A stretch of DNA of 64,000 bases from Candidatus Omnitrophota bacterium (GCA_028715345.1 JAQUSB010000002.1:675-64674); one strand, 5' to 3'; numbered from the stretch's first letter, positions 47,905-60,378 are shown. Translations and numbers: made by a program. Notes: generated from the sequence alone by a model not told the origin.

Positions 47905-49008
47905 ATGAAGAGGAGAATGAGGGTAGGCATACTGACGGGCGGCGGCGACTGCCCCGGCATCAACGCGGTCATCCGCGCCGTGGCGCGAAAAGTTATGCTT
48001 GAAAATGACGCCGAAATAATCGGCATAGTGGACGGCTACGAAGGCCTTGTAAACAATAAATACCGCAAGCTGGAACTGGCCGACCTGTCCGGCATATTGA
48101 CAGTAGGCGGGACCATTCTGGGAACGTCCAAAAAAGCCAACCCATACAGGTATGCCATAAAGCAGGACGGTAAGCTCATCTTCAGAGATATGTCCAAAAA
48201 AGTCATGGACAATATCGATAAAATGGAACTAGATTGCATGGTGGTAATAGGCGGTGACGGAACGCTCGGTATTGCTTACAAACTTTTTAAAGACGGCGTC
48301 CCTGTAATCGGGGTGCCCAAGACCATAGATAACGACATAATGGGTACGGACATAACGTTTGGGTTCGACTCGGCCGTATGGATAGCCACCGAGGGCATAG
48401 ACAGGCTTCACACGACCGCTCAATCGCATCATCGCGTCATGATAGTGGAAGTCATGGGGCATAACGCCGGATGGATAGCGCTCCATTCGGGGATAGCGGG
48501 CGGCGGCGACATAATCCTGATCCCCGAGATACCCTACAGCATCGACGCGATCGCCCAGAAAGTCCGGGAACGGCACAAGCACGGCAAGAGATTCAGTATC
48601 ATAGTAGTGGCGGAAGGAGCCAAATCGAAGGGCGGGGAAGTCGTAGTCCAGCGCATAGTCAAAGAGAGTTCAGACCCGATCCGTCTGGGCGGCATAGGAT
48701 TTGTCCTGGGCAAACAGATCGAAGACGCCACGGGCATCGAAACCCGTACCGTAGTGATGGGCCATCTCCAGCGCGGCGGTTCGCCCACGCCTTTCGACAG
48801 GGTGCTTGCCACGCAGCTCGGTACCAAAGCCGCCGAAATGATCCAGAAGCGCCAATTCGGCAACATGGCCGGGATACAAAAATACGAACTTGTGAAAGTT
48901 TCGCTGGAAGAGGTCTCGAAGGGCATAAAGAAGGTGCCGCTGGGCCATCCCTTGATAGCATCCGCCAGATCTTTAGACACCTCTTTCGGGGATAAAAAGA
49001 TACGGTAA
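47905..49008 (+). CDS. pfk: 6-phosphofructokinase (PfkA family; mixed ATP/PPi-type specificity residues)
   Basis: GGDCPGINAVIRAV, GGDGT (Gly104 equivalent retained) but PKTIDND (Lys at Gly124 equivalent), MGR motif. Confidence 0.8.
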   Translation: MKRRMRVGILTGGGDCPGINAVIRAVARKVMLENDAEIIGIVDGYEGLVNNKYRKLELADLSGILTVGGTILGTSKKANPYRYAIKQDGKLIFRDMSKKVMDNIDKMELDCMVVIGGDGTLGIAYKLFKDGVPVIGVPKTIDNDIMGTDITFGFDSAVWIATEGIDRLHTTAQSHHRVMIVEVMGHNAGWIALHSGIAGGGDIILIPEIPYSIDAIAQKVRERHKHGKRFSIIVVAEGAKSKGGEVVVQRIVKESSDPIRLGGIGFVLGKQIEDATGIETRTVVMGHLQRGGSPTPFDRVLATQLGTKAAEMIQKRQFGNMAGIQKYELVKVSLEEVSKGIKKVPLGHPLIASARSLDTSFGDKKIR

Positions 49009-49020
49009 AGGAGCCTGATC

Positions 49021-49497
49021 ATGCCGAACGTCTTTAACGCAGCCGAAGTCATAGACATGGGCATAGAGAAAGAGCGCAAGAGGCGCGATTTTTACGGTTA
49101 CGCGGCCGAAAATTTTAAAGAGAAAGACCTGAAAACGCTCTTCGCGCAGCTGAGAGACTGGGAAGATACTCATATAAAGAAATTCTCGGAAATACGTTCA
49201 AGCCTCAAAGAGTCGGAAGCGACCGAAACTTATAAAGGCGAACTTGCCTCTTATATGAATGCCACGGTCGACGATCTGATATACAAGAAAGTATCGGCCG
49301 AATGGTTCTTGAAAAATGTGCGCCGGCCGGCCATCGCCATACAGTACGGGATAGGTTTCGAAAAAGACGCCATACTGTTTTTCAATGAGCTTCTCAAATA
49401 TATGAACCCATACCACAAGGAGAAGGTCCAGGAATTGATCGATGAAGAAAAAAAACACCTGGTATATTTGAGCGAATTGAGTAAAAAATACACGTAA
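49021..49497 (+). CDS. ferritin-like diiron protein (rubrerythrin-family domain without rubredoxin)
   Basis: two E...ExxH pairs (EKERKRRDFY...WEDTHIKKF; ...EEKKHLVYL). Confidence 0.5.
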   Translation: MPNVFNAAEVIDMGIEKERKRRDFYGYAAENFKEKDLKTLFAQLRDWEDTHIKKFSEIRSSLKESEATETYKGELASYMNATVDDLIYKKVSAEWFLKNVRRPAIAIQYGIGFEKDAILFFNELLKYMNPYHKEKVQELIDEEKKHLVYLSELSKKYT

Positions 49498-49581
49498 GGG
49501 TATCCAAAAAATACACAATTACCTGCTTTACATTACTACGGCAATATAGTATGTTATTTACGTAAATCTGATTGTCGGGAG

Positions 49582-49782
49582 GTGATGAAGATGGCAAGGA
49601 TCGGCACAGGGAGATCGTCGTCCACCGGGACATTCGGTTCAAAGACGACCGGCAGTGATCGCCTGACTGAAATGATCAGGAAAAAAGCTTACGAGCTTTA
49701 CGAGAAGCGAGGGCGCAAGTCGGGGCACGCAATGGACGACTGGTTCGAAGCAGAGCGCATCGTCAGGCAAAAAAGATCTTAA
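49582..49782 (+). CDS. DUF2934-like small protein
   Basis: AYELYEKRGRKSGHAMDDWFEAER matches DUF2934 core. Confidence 0.5.
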   Translation: MMKMARIGTGRSSSTGTFGSKTTGSDRLTEMIRKKAYELYEKRGRKSGHAMDDWFEAERIVRQKRS

Positions 49783-49866
49783 ATAAGTACGGTTTATAAA
49801 CACTATGACAAAACCCCCGCTGTGCTCGCGCATCGCGGGGGTTAATGAATAAAGTTAAGGACCTGC

Positions 49867-50799
49867 ATGGATAATCGCGATCATACCGGCAGTGAAAAGC
49901 GCCATACCGCTATGGGCTTGTTTTTAACTCTCCTCGCAATAGTTTTCCTGACAGACATACTTACAAATATCATTACCGCTATATTCCATATTCCCATAAT
50001 ATTAGAATCCGTACTGGGCGGGTTTTTGGTAATTTCGATCGCATACCCGGCCCTCTATCTGCTTATTTTCAAACCCCTATCCGTAGAAATAGCCAGGCGA
50101 AAACGCGTCGAAAAGATGAAGGACGAATTCATCGGCACGGTTTCGCACGAATTAAGAACACCCTTGTCTATCACCAAAGAAGGCCTAAGCCTTGTCCTCG
50201 ACAAGATACCCGGGCCGTTGAACGAACAGCAGGCAAGAATTCTTACAGTATCAAAAAACAATATAAACCGGCTCTCCCGCATAATAAACGACCTGCTCGA
50301 TATTTCGAAGATAGATGCAGGAAAGAAGGTCGTCCGCCATGAAGCCTTCGACATAATACCTGTTATATGGCAGACGATGGCTCTTTTCCAGGCAAGGATC
50401 AGGGATAAAGGCCTGGCATTCAGGAGCGTTCTGCCAAAAGGCGCTATAGTAGTTCGCGGAGACGTTGATGCCATTATTCAGGTATTGACGAATCTTATAG
50501 GGAATGCTCTCAAATTTACCGAGCGCGGGTCCATAGATATATCGCTCAAGGATACCCCGGAAGAGATAGAATTATCGGTCCACGACACGGGGGTAGGCAT
50601 ATCAAAGGAAGACATGCCTAAGTTATTCGAGAAATTCCAGCAGTTCGGGCGCGTCAACGGGCCCGGGGAAAAAGGGACCGGCCTGGGGCTGGCTATAGCC
50701 AAAGGCATAATAACCGCCCACAACGGCAGGATATGGGCGGAAAGCGAATTCGGCAAAGGCACAAAAATTACTTTCGTCCTGCCTAAGAACAAAGAATAG
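49867..50799 (+). CDS. sensor histidine kinase (membrane, HisKA + HATPase_c)
   Basis: two N-terminal TM; H-box FIGTVSHELRTPL; N, G1 (DTGVGI), G2 (GTGLGLAI) boxes. Confidence 0.8.
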   Translation: MDNRDHTGSEKRHTAMGLFLTLLAIVFLTDILTNIITAIFHIPIILESVLGGFLVISIAYPALYLLIFKPLSVEIARRKRVEKMKDEFIGTVSHELRTPLSITKEGLSLVLDKIPGPLNEQQARILTVSKNNINRLSRIINDLLDISKIDAGKKVVRHEAFDIIPVIWQTMALFQARIRDKGLAFRSVLPKGAIVVRGDVDAIIQVLTNLIGNALKFTERGSIDISLKDTPEEIELSVHDTGVGISKEDMPKLFEKFQQFGRVNGPGEKGTGLGLAIAKGIITAHNGRIWAESEFGKGTKITFVLPKNKE

Positions 50800-50800
50800 C

Positions 50801-50856
50801 AAGGCCTCGGTCGGAGACCTCGGCACTTAGCCAACACTATGGCTGAATAAACTTGG
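50801..50856 (+). repeat. REP/MITE-like intergenic repeat, copy B (between kinase and response regulator)
   Basis: AAGGCCTCGGTCGGAGACCTCGGCACTTAGCCAACACTATGGCTGAATAAACTTGG; shares the CGGCACTTAGCnAACnCnATGGCTGAAT(T/A)AACTTG core with 20011..20077. Confidence 0.6.
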
Positions 50857-50866
50857 GAGAATATAC

Positions 50867-51253
50867 ATGGCAAAGCACAAATTGCTTATAGTAGATGATG
50901 AGATAGATTTCCTGGAAATGCTCAAGCTGAGGCTTGAGGCCAATAATTATTCCGTCGTGACAGCGATGGACGGCAATGAGGCCCTGGAAAAATTCAAGAC
51001 CGAAAAACCCGCGGCAGTGCTTTTGGATATACTTATGCCCGGGATGGACGGCATCGATGTGCTAAAAAAGATACGCAAAGAGAACAGTAAAGTTCCGGTC
51101 TTTATAATAACGGCTTTTTCGAATGAGGAACGGTTCAAGATGGCCAATAAACTCAACGCTTCAGGGTTTATAGTAAAGACGAATGACCTGCAGAAGGAGA
51201 TACAGAACATAACTTCAGCCATAGCTATCTCGGAAGGCTTTAAAGGACGTTAA
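50867..51253 (+). CDS. single-domain response regulator (CheY-like receiver)
   Basis: LLIVDDE, phospho-acceptor D in LLDILMPGMDG, T/K residues. Confidence 0.85.
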   Translation: MAKHKLLIVDDEIDFLEMLKLRLEANNYSVVTAMDGNEALEKFKTEKPAAVLLDILMPGMDGIDVLKKIRKENSKVPVFIITAFSNEERFKMANKLNASGFIVKTNDLQKEIQNITSAIAISEGFKGR

Positions 51254-51260
51254 CATACAA

Positions 51261-52109
51261 ATGAAGGTAAAAACCGTAAAAATAGTAGCATTGGCAGGGT
51301 TCCTCTCGCTGGCCTTGACACCGCAGAAAACTTTCGCCGCCGACCAGGGCGAAACGGAAAGGATGCTCAGGCGAATAACCCCTCCTATCGCGGTAATAAA
51401 AGAAGAGATAAAGCCGAAAGACCAATGGTACGTGGATTATTATTACGAACCCAGTGTAATAATACAGGGGAACAGGACGGGGAGATGGAGCGAAAATACC
51501 ACCACTTTCGGATATACGCATCAAAATGTCCAGGGATATTTTTATGTCACAGAACTGGACAGGATTGGTAACAACGATTATAACGCCAACTGGGGATCGT
51601 ACATTACGCTCAAAGACGCTTATGTCCATATGGAGACCGGGTTCGGATGGAATGTAAATTACACATATAATTTCCAGGCTATAGCGGAATACGGCCATAA
51701 ACTGGTAAATAATGTTTTCTGGCAGATCGGATACAATTATCGCGCTTACACCGTCGGAGATACCCATAATATATACCCGGGGCTTATCTACTACTTCGGC
51801 AACAGCTATATCAGCGCTAATTGCGGGACTTCATGCATAGAGTCGAGGGACGCCGCCAATTTCGGCACCGTAAGGGGAAGCTTTGCCATAACGGATTTCC
51901 TGACCCTATACGGGGGCGTGGCCTTCGGCGAACGCCTTTATGATATTTACGCGCTCAACGCCGCGAAAGAAAAAGGCTATATATTATTTATCGGCACAAG
52001 CATAAAGCTTTACAAGGGCATCAACTGCCGCGCCGGATATACTTACGGCGCGGAGGAGCCCAAATTCCAAAAACACGGCGTCCATTATAACGTTTCGGTA
52101 AAATTCTAA
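51261..52109 (+). CDS. outer-membrane beta-barrel protein
   Basis: signal peptide ...KTFAAD; alternating hydrophobic/aromatic strands; C-terminal ...VKF. Confidence 0.45.
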   Translation: MKVKTVKIVALAGFLSLALTPQKTFAADQGETERMLRRITPPIAVIKEEIKPKDQWYVDYYYEPSVIIQGNRTGRWSENTTTFGYTHQNVQGYFYVTELDRIGNNDYNANWGSYITLKDAYVHMETGFGWNVNYTYNFQAIAEYGHKLVNNVFWQIGYNYRAYTVGDTHNIYPGLIYYFGNSYISANCGTSCIESRDAANFGTVRGSFAITDFLTLYGGVAFGERLYDIYALNAAKEKGYILFIGTSIKLYKGINCRAGYTYGAEEPKFQKHGVHYNVSVKF

Positions 52110-53285
52110 ATGTTCACGCATTACACAAGCATTGTAGCTAAGATCAACCTGTTATTGCTAACGGCTTATCTCGTATTTTCCGTAACGCTCGTTTTATACA
52201 TCATAGTCAGGGATTGGCGGGCAAAACGGCACATCAAAAGACTGCTCAAAATAAAACACGACCTCTTCAAATTGCTCCTGGCCCCCGGATCTTCCGACGT
52301 ATGCGTCCCGTCCATAGAGAACGCGACCGCTTCGGATTTTATCGATGTAGTGACCAATAGACAGAGATATTCCGTCTTCTTCAATGAATCGGAGCAGCAG
52401 TTATTCAAAGAATGCTTCATAAACGCCGGCAAGATAAAGATGCTCGAATCACTGGCAAAAAAAAGAGCTAAGAAATGGCGCAGGATAGACGCGATAATGG
52501 CATTGGGCTACATACAGGATGAATCGGCCCTCGACGCGCTGGAAAAGTCGCTGCACAGTAAAGACGAGGACGTCTCTTATTTCTCGGCCCAGGCTATAGG
52601 GCAGGTCAGTACAATGCGGTCTGTGCACATACTGATGGATTTCCTGAAAACTACCCCGTCGATGAGGCGCAAGACGGCGTCGATACTGGAAAGCTTAAGT
52701 CCGAACATAACCGATGAGGTCGTAAAGTTCGCCGATGATAAAGATCCCGAGGTGCGTGTATGGGCGGCGAAATTGCTTTCCAAGTCGGTGTCGAAAAAAT
52801 ATGTAAAGAAAGTGGAGGCGATGGCCGGCGACCCTTCGCCTGACGTGAGGGCTGCCGCTTGTGAGTCGCTGGCAAGGCTTGAGGATAAAGATTCGAAAGG
52901 GCTGCTCAAAAAACTCTTGAAAGACGACAGCTGGTTCGTGCGGATGCATGCGGTGCGGGCGATATCCCGCATATTCGGCAAAGACGCTATGCCGGAATTG
53001 ATCGAGCAACTGAACGACGGGTCGCTCCTGGTCATCGAAAGCGTCAAACAAGCGATGGTAAATCACATAGAATCCGCATTGCCGTACATAATAAAATTAC
53101 TGAAAGGGACCGACGAGTTAGCCAAAAAGATCTGCGCGGAAGCGCTCGATCAATCAGGCAGGGCGGTAAGTTCTATATTGAATAAAATGGACAAACCCGC
53201 AAAAGACAATATTGTGGAAACCATAAGGTCTTACAACAACAATCTTGCCGAACGCATAACATCTGCGGGATCGGACGAAATATGA
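52110..53285 (+). CDS. membrane-anchored HEAT/PBS-lyase repeat protein
   Basis: N-terminal TM; repeated ...D.D..VR..A..AL..I pattern (HEAT-like) across ~300 aa. Confidence 0.55.
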   Translation: MFTHYTSIVAKINLLLLTAYLVFSVTLVLYIIVRDWRAKRHIKRLLKIKHDLFKLLLAPGSSDVCVPSIENATASDFIDVVTNRQRYSVFFNESEQQLFKECFINAGKIKMLESLAKKRAKKWRRIDAIMALGYIQDESALDALEKSLHSKDEDVSYFSAQAIGQVSTMRSVHILMDFLKTTPSMRRKTASILESLSPNITDEVVKFADDKDPEVRVWAAKLLSKSVSKKYVKKVEAMAGDPSPDVRAAACESLARLEDKDSKGLLKKLLKDDSWFVRMHAVRAISRIFGKDAMPELIEQLNDGSLLVIESVKQAMVNHIESALPYIIKLLKGTDELAKKICAEALDQSGRAVSSILNKMDKPAKDNIVETIRSYNNNLAERITSAGSDEI

Positions 53286-54703
53286 TACGTGAAATATTTA
53301 CCAGTATATCGAATACGGTATTCTACATGATGTTCGGATATTTCCTGTTAATGTTAACCTATTATGCGTTCCTGACCATGATAGGCCTTGCCGAAGCGAG
53401 AAGGCGGTGGCGGCAGAATATCATGGACGATTACCCGCTGCTTTATTTTTCTTCTTTCACCTTGTCGGTCAGCATAATAATACCGGCCCGCAACGAAGAG
53501 GACTGGATACACGATTCCGTCCTGTCAGCGGTGAACCTGAATTACCCGGAATTCGAAGTTATCGTCATCGATGACGGCTCCACCGACAAGACAGTGGAGG
53601 TTCTTACCAAAGCCCTGGACCTGCGGGTGGTCGAAGCGCATTACGTGAAACATTTCAAAGACGGCAAGGTGCAGAACATCTTAAAAAGCAACAAATACCC
53701 TAACGTCACCGTCGTGTCCAAATCCCCGGGATTCAAAAAGGCCGGAGCCGTAAATGCCGGCCTGAACGTTGCCAAATACAAATATATTTGCGTGATAGAC
53801 GCCGATACCATACTCGAACCGGACACCCTTTTGAAGGTAATGGCCCAGGTGGAAAAAGACCCCGAAAAAGTTATAGGCATAGGCAGTTATTTTGGGCTGG
53901 TGAACGGTTTCAAGATAAAGGACGGCAGGATCCTCGACCACAGCTTCTCGTACAATCCGATCCTCGTTTACCAGAACCTTGAATACATACGATCGTTCTT
54001 CGGCAATCGTATCGCCAGCAGTAAATTCGGCGCCACGCCGAATATAGCGGGAGGGTTCGGTTTGTGGCGCAAAGATGTCCTGTATGAGCTTGGAGGATAT
54101 TCGGCCGCTTTTACGTGCGAAGATCTGGAGATGACTTTCAGGGTCCATGATTACATCGCGAAAAATAAAGAAAAAAAATACAAGATGCTGACGCTGCCGT
54201 ATTACGCGGTCTGGACGGAGGGGCCGAGCAACATCAGGTCCCTGGTGTCTCAACGCGACAGGTGGCAGAGGGTCACGAATGAGACCGTGTGGAGCTACAG
54301 GCATATGTTATTTAATCCGAAATATAAAGGAATGGGGATGCTGACGCTGCCGTACTTTTTGATATATGAGGTATTCGGGATATTTGTCGAGGTTTCCAGC
54401 CTGTTGTTGATAGGCACCGGTTTTCTGTTCGGCGTATTCAGCGCGCACGTATTCTTAACGTATTTCTTCTTTATGCTGCTATCGCAGGCCCTTGTATCCG
54501 CGATGTCCTTATTTGCGTTCGCGCGCGACCAGAAAGCGTTCCGCTTAAAATATATCGTTTATATGCTCTTCCTGGGTATGATAGAGACGCTTTGCTACAG
54601 GTGGATAACCTCATTCGCAAGATTGGTAGGGACGATCAGGGCATTGCTTAATCAAAGGACTTTCGAGCAGTACATAAGAGAAAAAAGGGCCAAGACACAA
54701 TAA
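53282..54703 (+). CDS. processive family-2 glycosyltransferase (PgaC/IcaA/cellulose-synthase-like)
   Basis: VIVIDDGSTD, DAD(T), and QRDRWQRV (QxxRW) motifs; N- and C-terminal TM helices. Confidence 0.75.
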   Translation: MIREIFTSISNTVFYMMFGYFLLMLTYYAFLTMIGLAEARRRWRQNIMDDYPLLYFSSFTLSVSIIIPARNEEDWIHDSVLSAVNLNYPEFEVIVIDDGSTDKTVEVLTKALDLRVVEAHYVKHFKDGKVQNILKSNKYPNVTVVSKSPGFKKAGAVNAGLNVAKYKYICVIDADTILEPDTLLKVMAQVEKDPEKVIGIGSYFGLVNGFKIKDGRILDHSFSYNPILVYQNLEYIRSFFGNRIASSKFGATPNIAGGFGLWRKDVLYELGGYSAAFTCEDLEMTFRVHDYIAKNKEKKYKMLTLPYYAVWTEGPSNIRSLVSQRDRWQRVTNETVWSYRHMLFNPKYKGMGMLTLPYFLIYEVFGIFVEVSSLLLIGTGFLFGVFSAHVFLTYFFFMLLSQALVSAMSLFAFARDQKAFRLKYIVYMLFLGMIETLCYRWITSFARLVGTIRALLNQRTFEQYIREKRAKTQ

Positions 54704-54716
54704 AAGGGGAGAAGCG

Positions 54717-56108
54717 ATGGAAAAGAAGAAATTTTTATTGAATGAAGAGGATATGCCAAAACAGTGGTACAACATAGCCGCTGACCTGCCGACACCGATG
54801 CAGCCGCCCATGGGGCCGGACGGCAATCCGATAAAGCCTGAAATGCTTGCGCCGGTATTCCCGGACAACATTATAGAGCAGGAGATGAGCCGTGAGCGAT
54901 GGATAGACATACCGGCTGAAGTTCTCGACCTTTTACGCATCTGGCGCCCGACGCCGCTTATCAGGGCGACACGGTTGGAGGCATACCTGAAAACACCCGC
55001 GAAGATATACTACAAAGACGAGAGCGTAAGCCCGGCCGGAAGCCACAAACCGAATTCAGCCGTTCCTCAGGCCTGGTACAATAAACAATTCGGGATAAAG
55101 AAGCTCACGACCGAGACCGGAGCGGGGCAGTGGGGATCCGCCCTTGCCTTCGCTACAAGCCTTTTGGGCCTGGAATGTAAAGTTTATATGGTCAGGATAA
55201 GCTTCGACCAGAAGCCTTTCAGGAAAACGCTTATGCAGGTATGGGGCGCCAATTGCATAGCCAGCCCCAGCAAAGAGACTAAGTCCGGGCGGGAGATACT
55301 CAAGAAGATGCCCGATACTCCTGGAAGTTTAGGCATAGCCATAAGCGAAGCTATCGAGGAGGCGGTATCTGACAAGACAGGGAAGACCCGCTACACATTA
55401 GGCAGTGTATTAAACCACGTCCTGCTCCACCAGACCATCATAGGCCTGGAGGCAAAAAAACAGCTTGCCGCCGCAGGGGTAAAAAAGCCCGACATAGTCA
55501 TAGGCTGTGCCGGCGGCGGTAGTAATTTCGCGGGGCTCTCCTTTCCTTTCATATGCGACAAGATACACGGGGCGAAGATCGAGGTCTATCCCGTAGAGTC
55601 TACGACATGCCCGAAGATGACGCGCGGGCCGTTCGCTTACGATTTCGGAGATACGGCGCGCATGACGCCGCTATTGCCTATGTACACGCTCGGCCATACC
55701 TTCGTCCCGCCGCCGATACACGCGGGCGGGCTGCGTTATCACGGTATGGCGCCGCTTGTGAGCCAGTGCATAGTAGAAGGCCTGGCCACGCCGCGCTCTT
55801 ACGACCAGGTGAAATGCTACGACGCGGCCCTTACATGGGCGAGGACCGAAGGCACGATATGCGCTCCCGAGACGAGCCACGCGATCGCCTGCGCCATAGA
55901 CGAGGCTAAAAGAGCGAAACAGGAAGGAAAAGAGAAGACCATCCTTTTCAGTTACAGCGGGCACGGGTTATTGGACCTGACAGGTTACGATAAATACATG
56001 TCCGGCCACCTGAAAGAACTCCATCTTTCCGACAGCGAATTGTGCGAATCCCTTGAGATAATCAAGGATTTCCCGAAAGTCAAAAAAGCAAAGACCGGCA
56101 AGTGGTAA
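54717..56108 (+). CDS. TrpB-like PLP-dependent enzyme (TrpB2 family)
   Basis: 463 aa; PLP-Lys motif GSHKPN; Gly-rich GCAGGGSNFAG loop. Confidence 0.7.
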   Translation: MEKKKFLLNEEDMPKQWYNIAADLPTPMQPPMGPDGNPIKPEMLAPVFPDNIIEQEMSRERWIDIPAEVLDLLRIWRPTPLIRATRLEAYLKTPAKIYYKDESVSPAGSHKPNSAVPQAWYNKQFGIKKLTTETGAGQWGSALAFATSLLGLECKVYMVRISFDQKPFRKTLMQVWGANCIASPSKETKSGREILKKMPDTPGSLGIAISEAIEEAVSDKTGKTRYTLGSVLNHVLLHQTIIGLEAKKQLAAAGVKKPDIVIGCAGGGSNFAGLSFPFICDKIHGAKIEVYPVESTTCPKMTRGPFAYDFGDTARMTPLLPMYTLGHTFVPPPIHAGGLRYHGMAPLVSQCIVEGLATPRSYDQVKCYDAALTWARTEGTICAPETSHAIACAIDEAKRAKQEGKEKTILFSYSGHGLLDLTGYDKYMSGHLKELHLSDSELCESLEIIKDFPKVKKAKTGKW

Positions 56109-56329
56109 AAATATCCGTAAAAGTCAAAGCCGGATCAAAGCAATATCTGGTCGAGCCCGCCGGAGAGAACCAATACGTCCTGCGCGTAAAGGAAAAAGCG
56201 CTCGAAGGCAGGGCAAACAAGGCAGTGATAGAATTATTGAGCGAATATTTCGACATACCCAAAAGCGCAATATCGATAATCGCCGGGTTTAAAAGTAAAA
56301 ACAAATTGATAGCGATAAAAAAAGATTGA
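56102..56329 (+). CDS. DUF167 (YggU-like) protein
   Basis: 75 aa; VKAGSKQ...EGRANKAVIELL pattern of UPF0235. Confidence 0.55.
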   Translation: MVKISVKVKAGSKQYLVEPAGENQYVLRVKEKALEGRANKAVIELLSEYFDIPKSAISIIAGFKSKNKLIAIKKD

Positions 56330-56353
56330 CATTTTCCCGGAGTATGTTATAAT
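56326..56353 (+). promoter_or_regulatory. consensus sigma70 promoter for nfnAB-gdhA
   Basis: TTGACA-16 nt-TATAAT; first 10 nt TTGACATTTT identical to hppA promoter. Confidence 0.55.
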
Positions 56354-56359
56354 CGCTTT

Positions 56360-56425
56360 TGACAGTACAATTTAAATTAATAGCGAAGACAAAGACGTCT
56401 GCCACTATAGTGGCGGCGTTTTTTT
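56360..56425 (+). promoter_or_regulatory. nfnA 5' leader: AGAC-AAAGAC-GUCU hexaloop hairpin abutting intrinsic terminator
   Basis: hairpin 56387..56400; terminator CUGCCAC-UAUA-GUGGCGG (56399..56418) + U7; terminator stem uses CU of the hairpin 3' arm. Confidence 0.5.
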
Positions 56426-56458
56426 ATTTTTACGGGGCTAATAAAGGCAATCTGATTT

Positions 56459-57286
56459 ATGAAGATACTGAATAAAAAAGTTTTGGGTGAGGTCCAGGGC
56501 ATAAAGATAACGATGCTGGAGGTTGCGGCACCGGACATTGCCCGCAAAGCTAAAGCCGGGCAATTCGTAGCGCTCATGGTAAAAGAAACGGGCGAGAGGA
56601 TACCTCTCACCATTGTAGATAGGAGCGACAAGAACGGCTCTATAACACTCATATTCCAGGAGGCCGGGCTTACCACGCGCCTCCTGGGAAGCCTCAACAT
56701 CGGCGACTCCCTCTACGCGATCGTCGGCCCGCTCGGCCACGCCACGGAGATAAAAAAATACGGCAGGATAATACTGGTAGGCGGCGGCGTAGGCATAGCC
56801 GAGATATACCCGGTCGCTAAAGCTTTTAAAAAAGCGGGCAACAACGTTACCACAATACTGGGGACGCGGACCAAAGACCTGCTCATACTCGAAAAAGAAT
56901 TAAAAGAAACCTCCGACATCTTACACGTCGTCACCGACGACGGCTCGTACGGTAAAAAAGGTTTCACCACCGACGTATTGACGGATCTCCTGAAAAAAGA
57001 CAGATACGACCTCGTTTACGCGGTCGGCCCGATACCTATGATGAGACGGGTCTCCGACATCACCAAAGGGTTCGGCGTGAAGACCGTAGTGTCGCTGAAC
57101 GCTCTCATGGTCGACGCTACCGGCATGTGCGGGTGCTGCAGGGTCACGGTCGGAGGCGCGGTCAAATTCAGCTGCGTAGACGGCCCCGAATTCGACGCAG
57201 GCGACGTCGACTGGGACGAGCTCGTGAAGAGGAACAGGATATACGAAGACAAAGAAAAACATATATGTAAGTTAATTCAGCCATAG
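56459..57286 (+). CDS. nfnA: NfnA/SudB-type FAD/[2Fe-2S] oxidoreductase small subunit (PyrK-like)
   Basis: 275 aa; ferredoxin-NADP reductase-like fold and C-terminal CGCCRV...C cluster. Confidence 0.65.
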   Translation: MKILNKKVLGEVQGIKITMLEVAAPDIARKAKAGQFVALMVKETGERIPLTIVDRSDKNGSITLIFQEAGLTTRLLGSLNIGDSLYAIVGPLGHATEIKKYGRIILVGGGVGIAEIYPVAKAFKKAGNNVTTILGTRTKDLLILEKELKETSDILHVVTDDGSYGKKGFTTDVLTDLLKKDRYDLVYAVGPIPMMRRVSDITKGFGVKTVVSLNALMVDATGMCGCCRVTVGGAVKFSCVDGPEFDAGDVDWDELVKRNRIYEDKEKHICKLIQP

Positions 57287-57337
57287 TGTTGGCTAAATGC
57301 CGAGATCTCCGATCGAGGCCAAGTTGTTAATTAAACC
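57268..57337 (-). repeat. REP/MITE-like intergenic repeat, copy C (inverted), overlapping last 6 codons of nfnA
   Basis: reverse complement TTTAATTAACAACTTGGCCTCGATCGGAGATCTCGGCATTTAGCCAACACTATGGCTGAATTAACTTAC aligns with copies A/B. Confidence 0.6.
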
Positions 57338-57340
57338 ATC

Positions 57341-60143
<2,803 letters not shown>

Positions 60144-60230
60144 TACCATTGACAGACTGATGGGACCATGCTAAAATAAGTAAAATTTGGATATAAAAGC
60201 ACAATGTATGTGCTTTTGCGAAGAAGGGAC

Positions 60231-60268
60231 GAAGGCGTTCTCGAAAAGGGAACGCCTTCTTCTTTTTT
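60231..60268 (+). terminator. intrinsic terminator after gdhA
   Basis: GAAGGCGTTC / GAACGCCTTC 10-bp stem, 10-nt loop, TTCTTTTTT. Confidence 0.6.
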
Positions 60269-60378
60269 ACCTTCTTTATTAAGATAAGTTAAATTATCCG
60301 AAACAAAGGTGTTTCATATGCCGATGACAGGCACTATGGGGCATCTTTTCTATTTTTTAATCAGATATCGAGGTAAAT

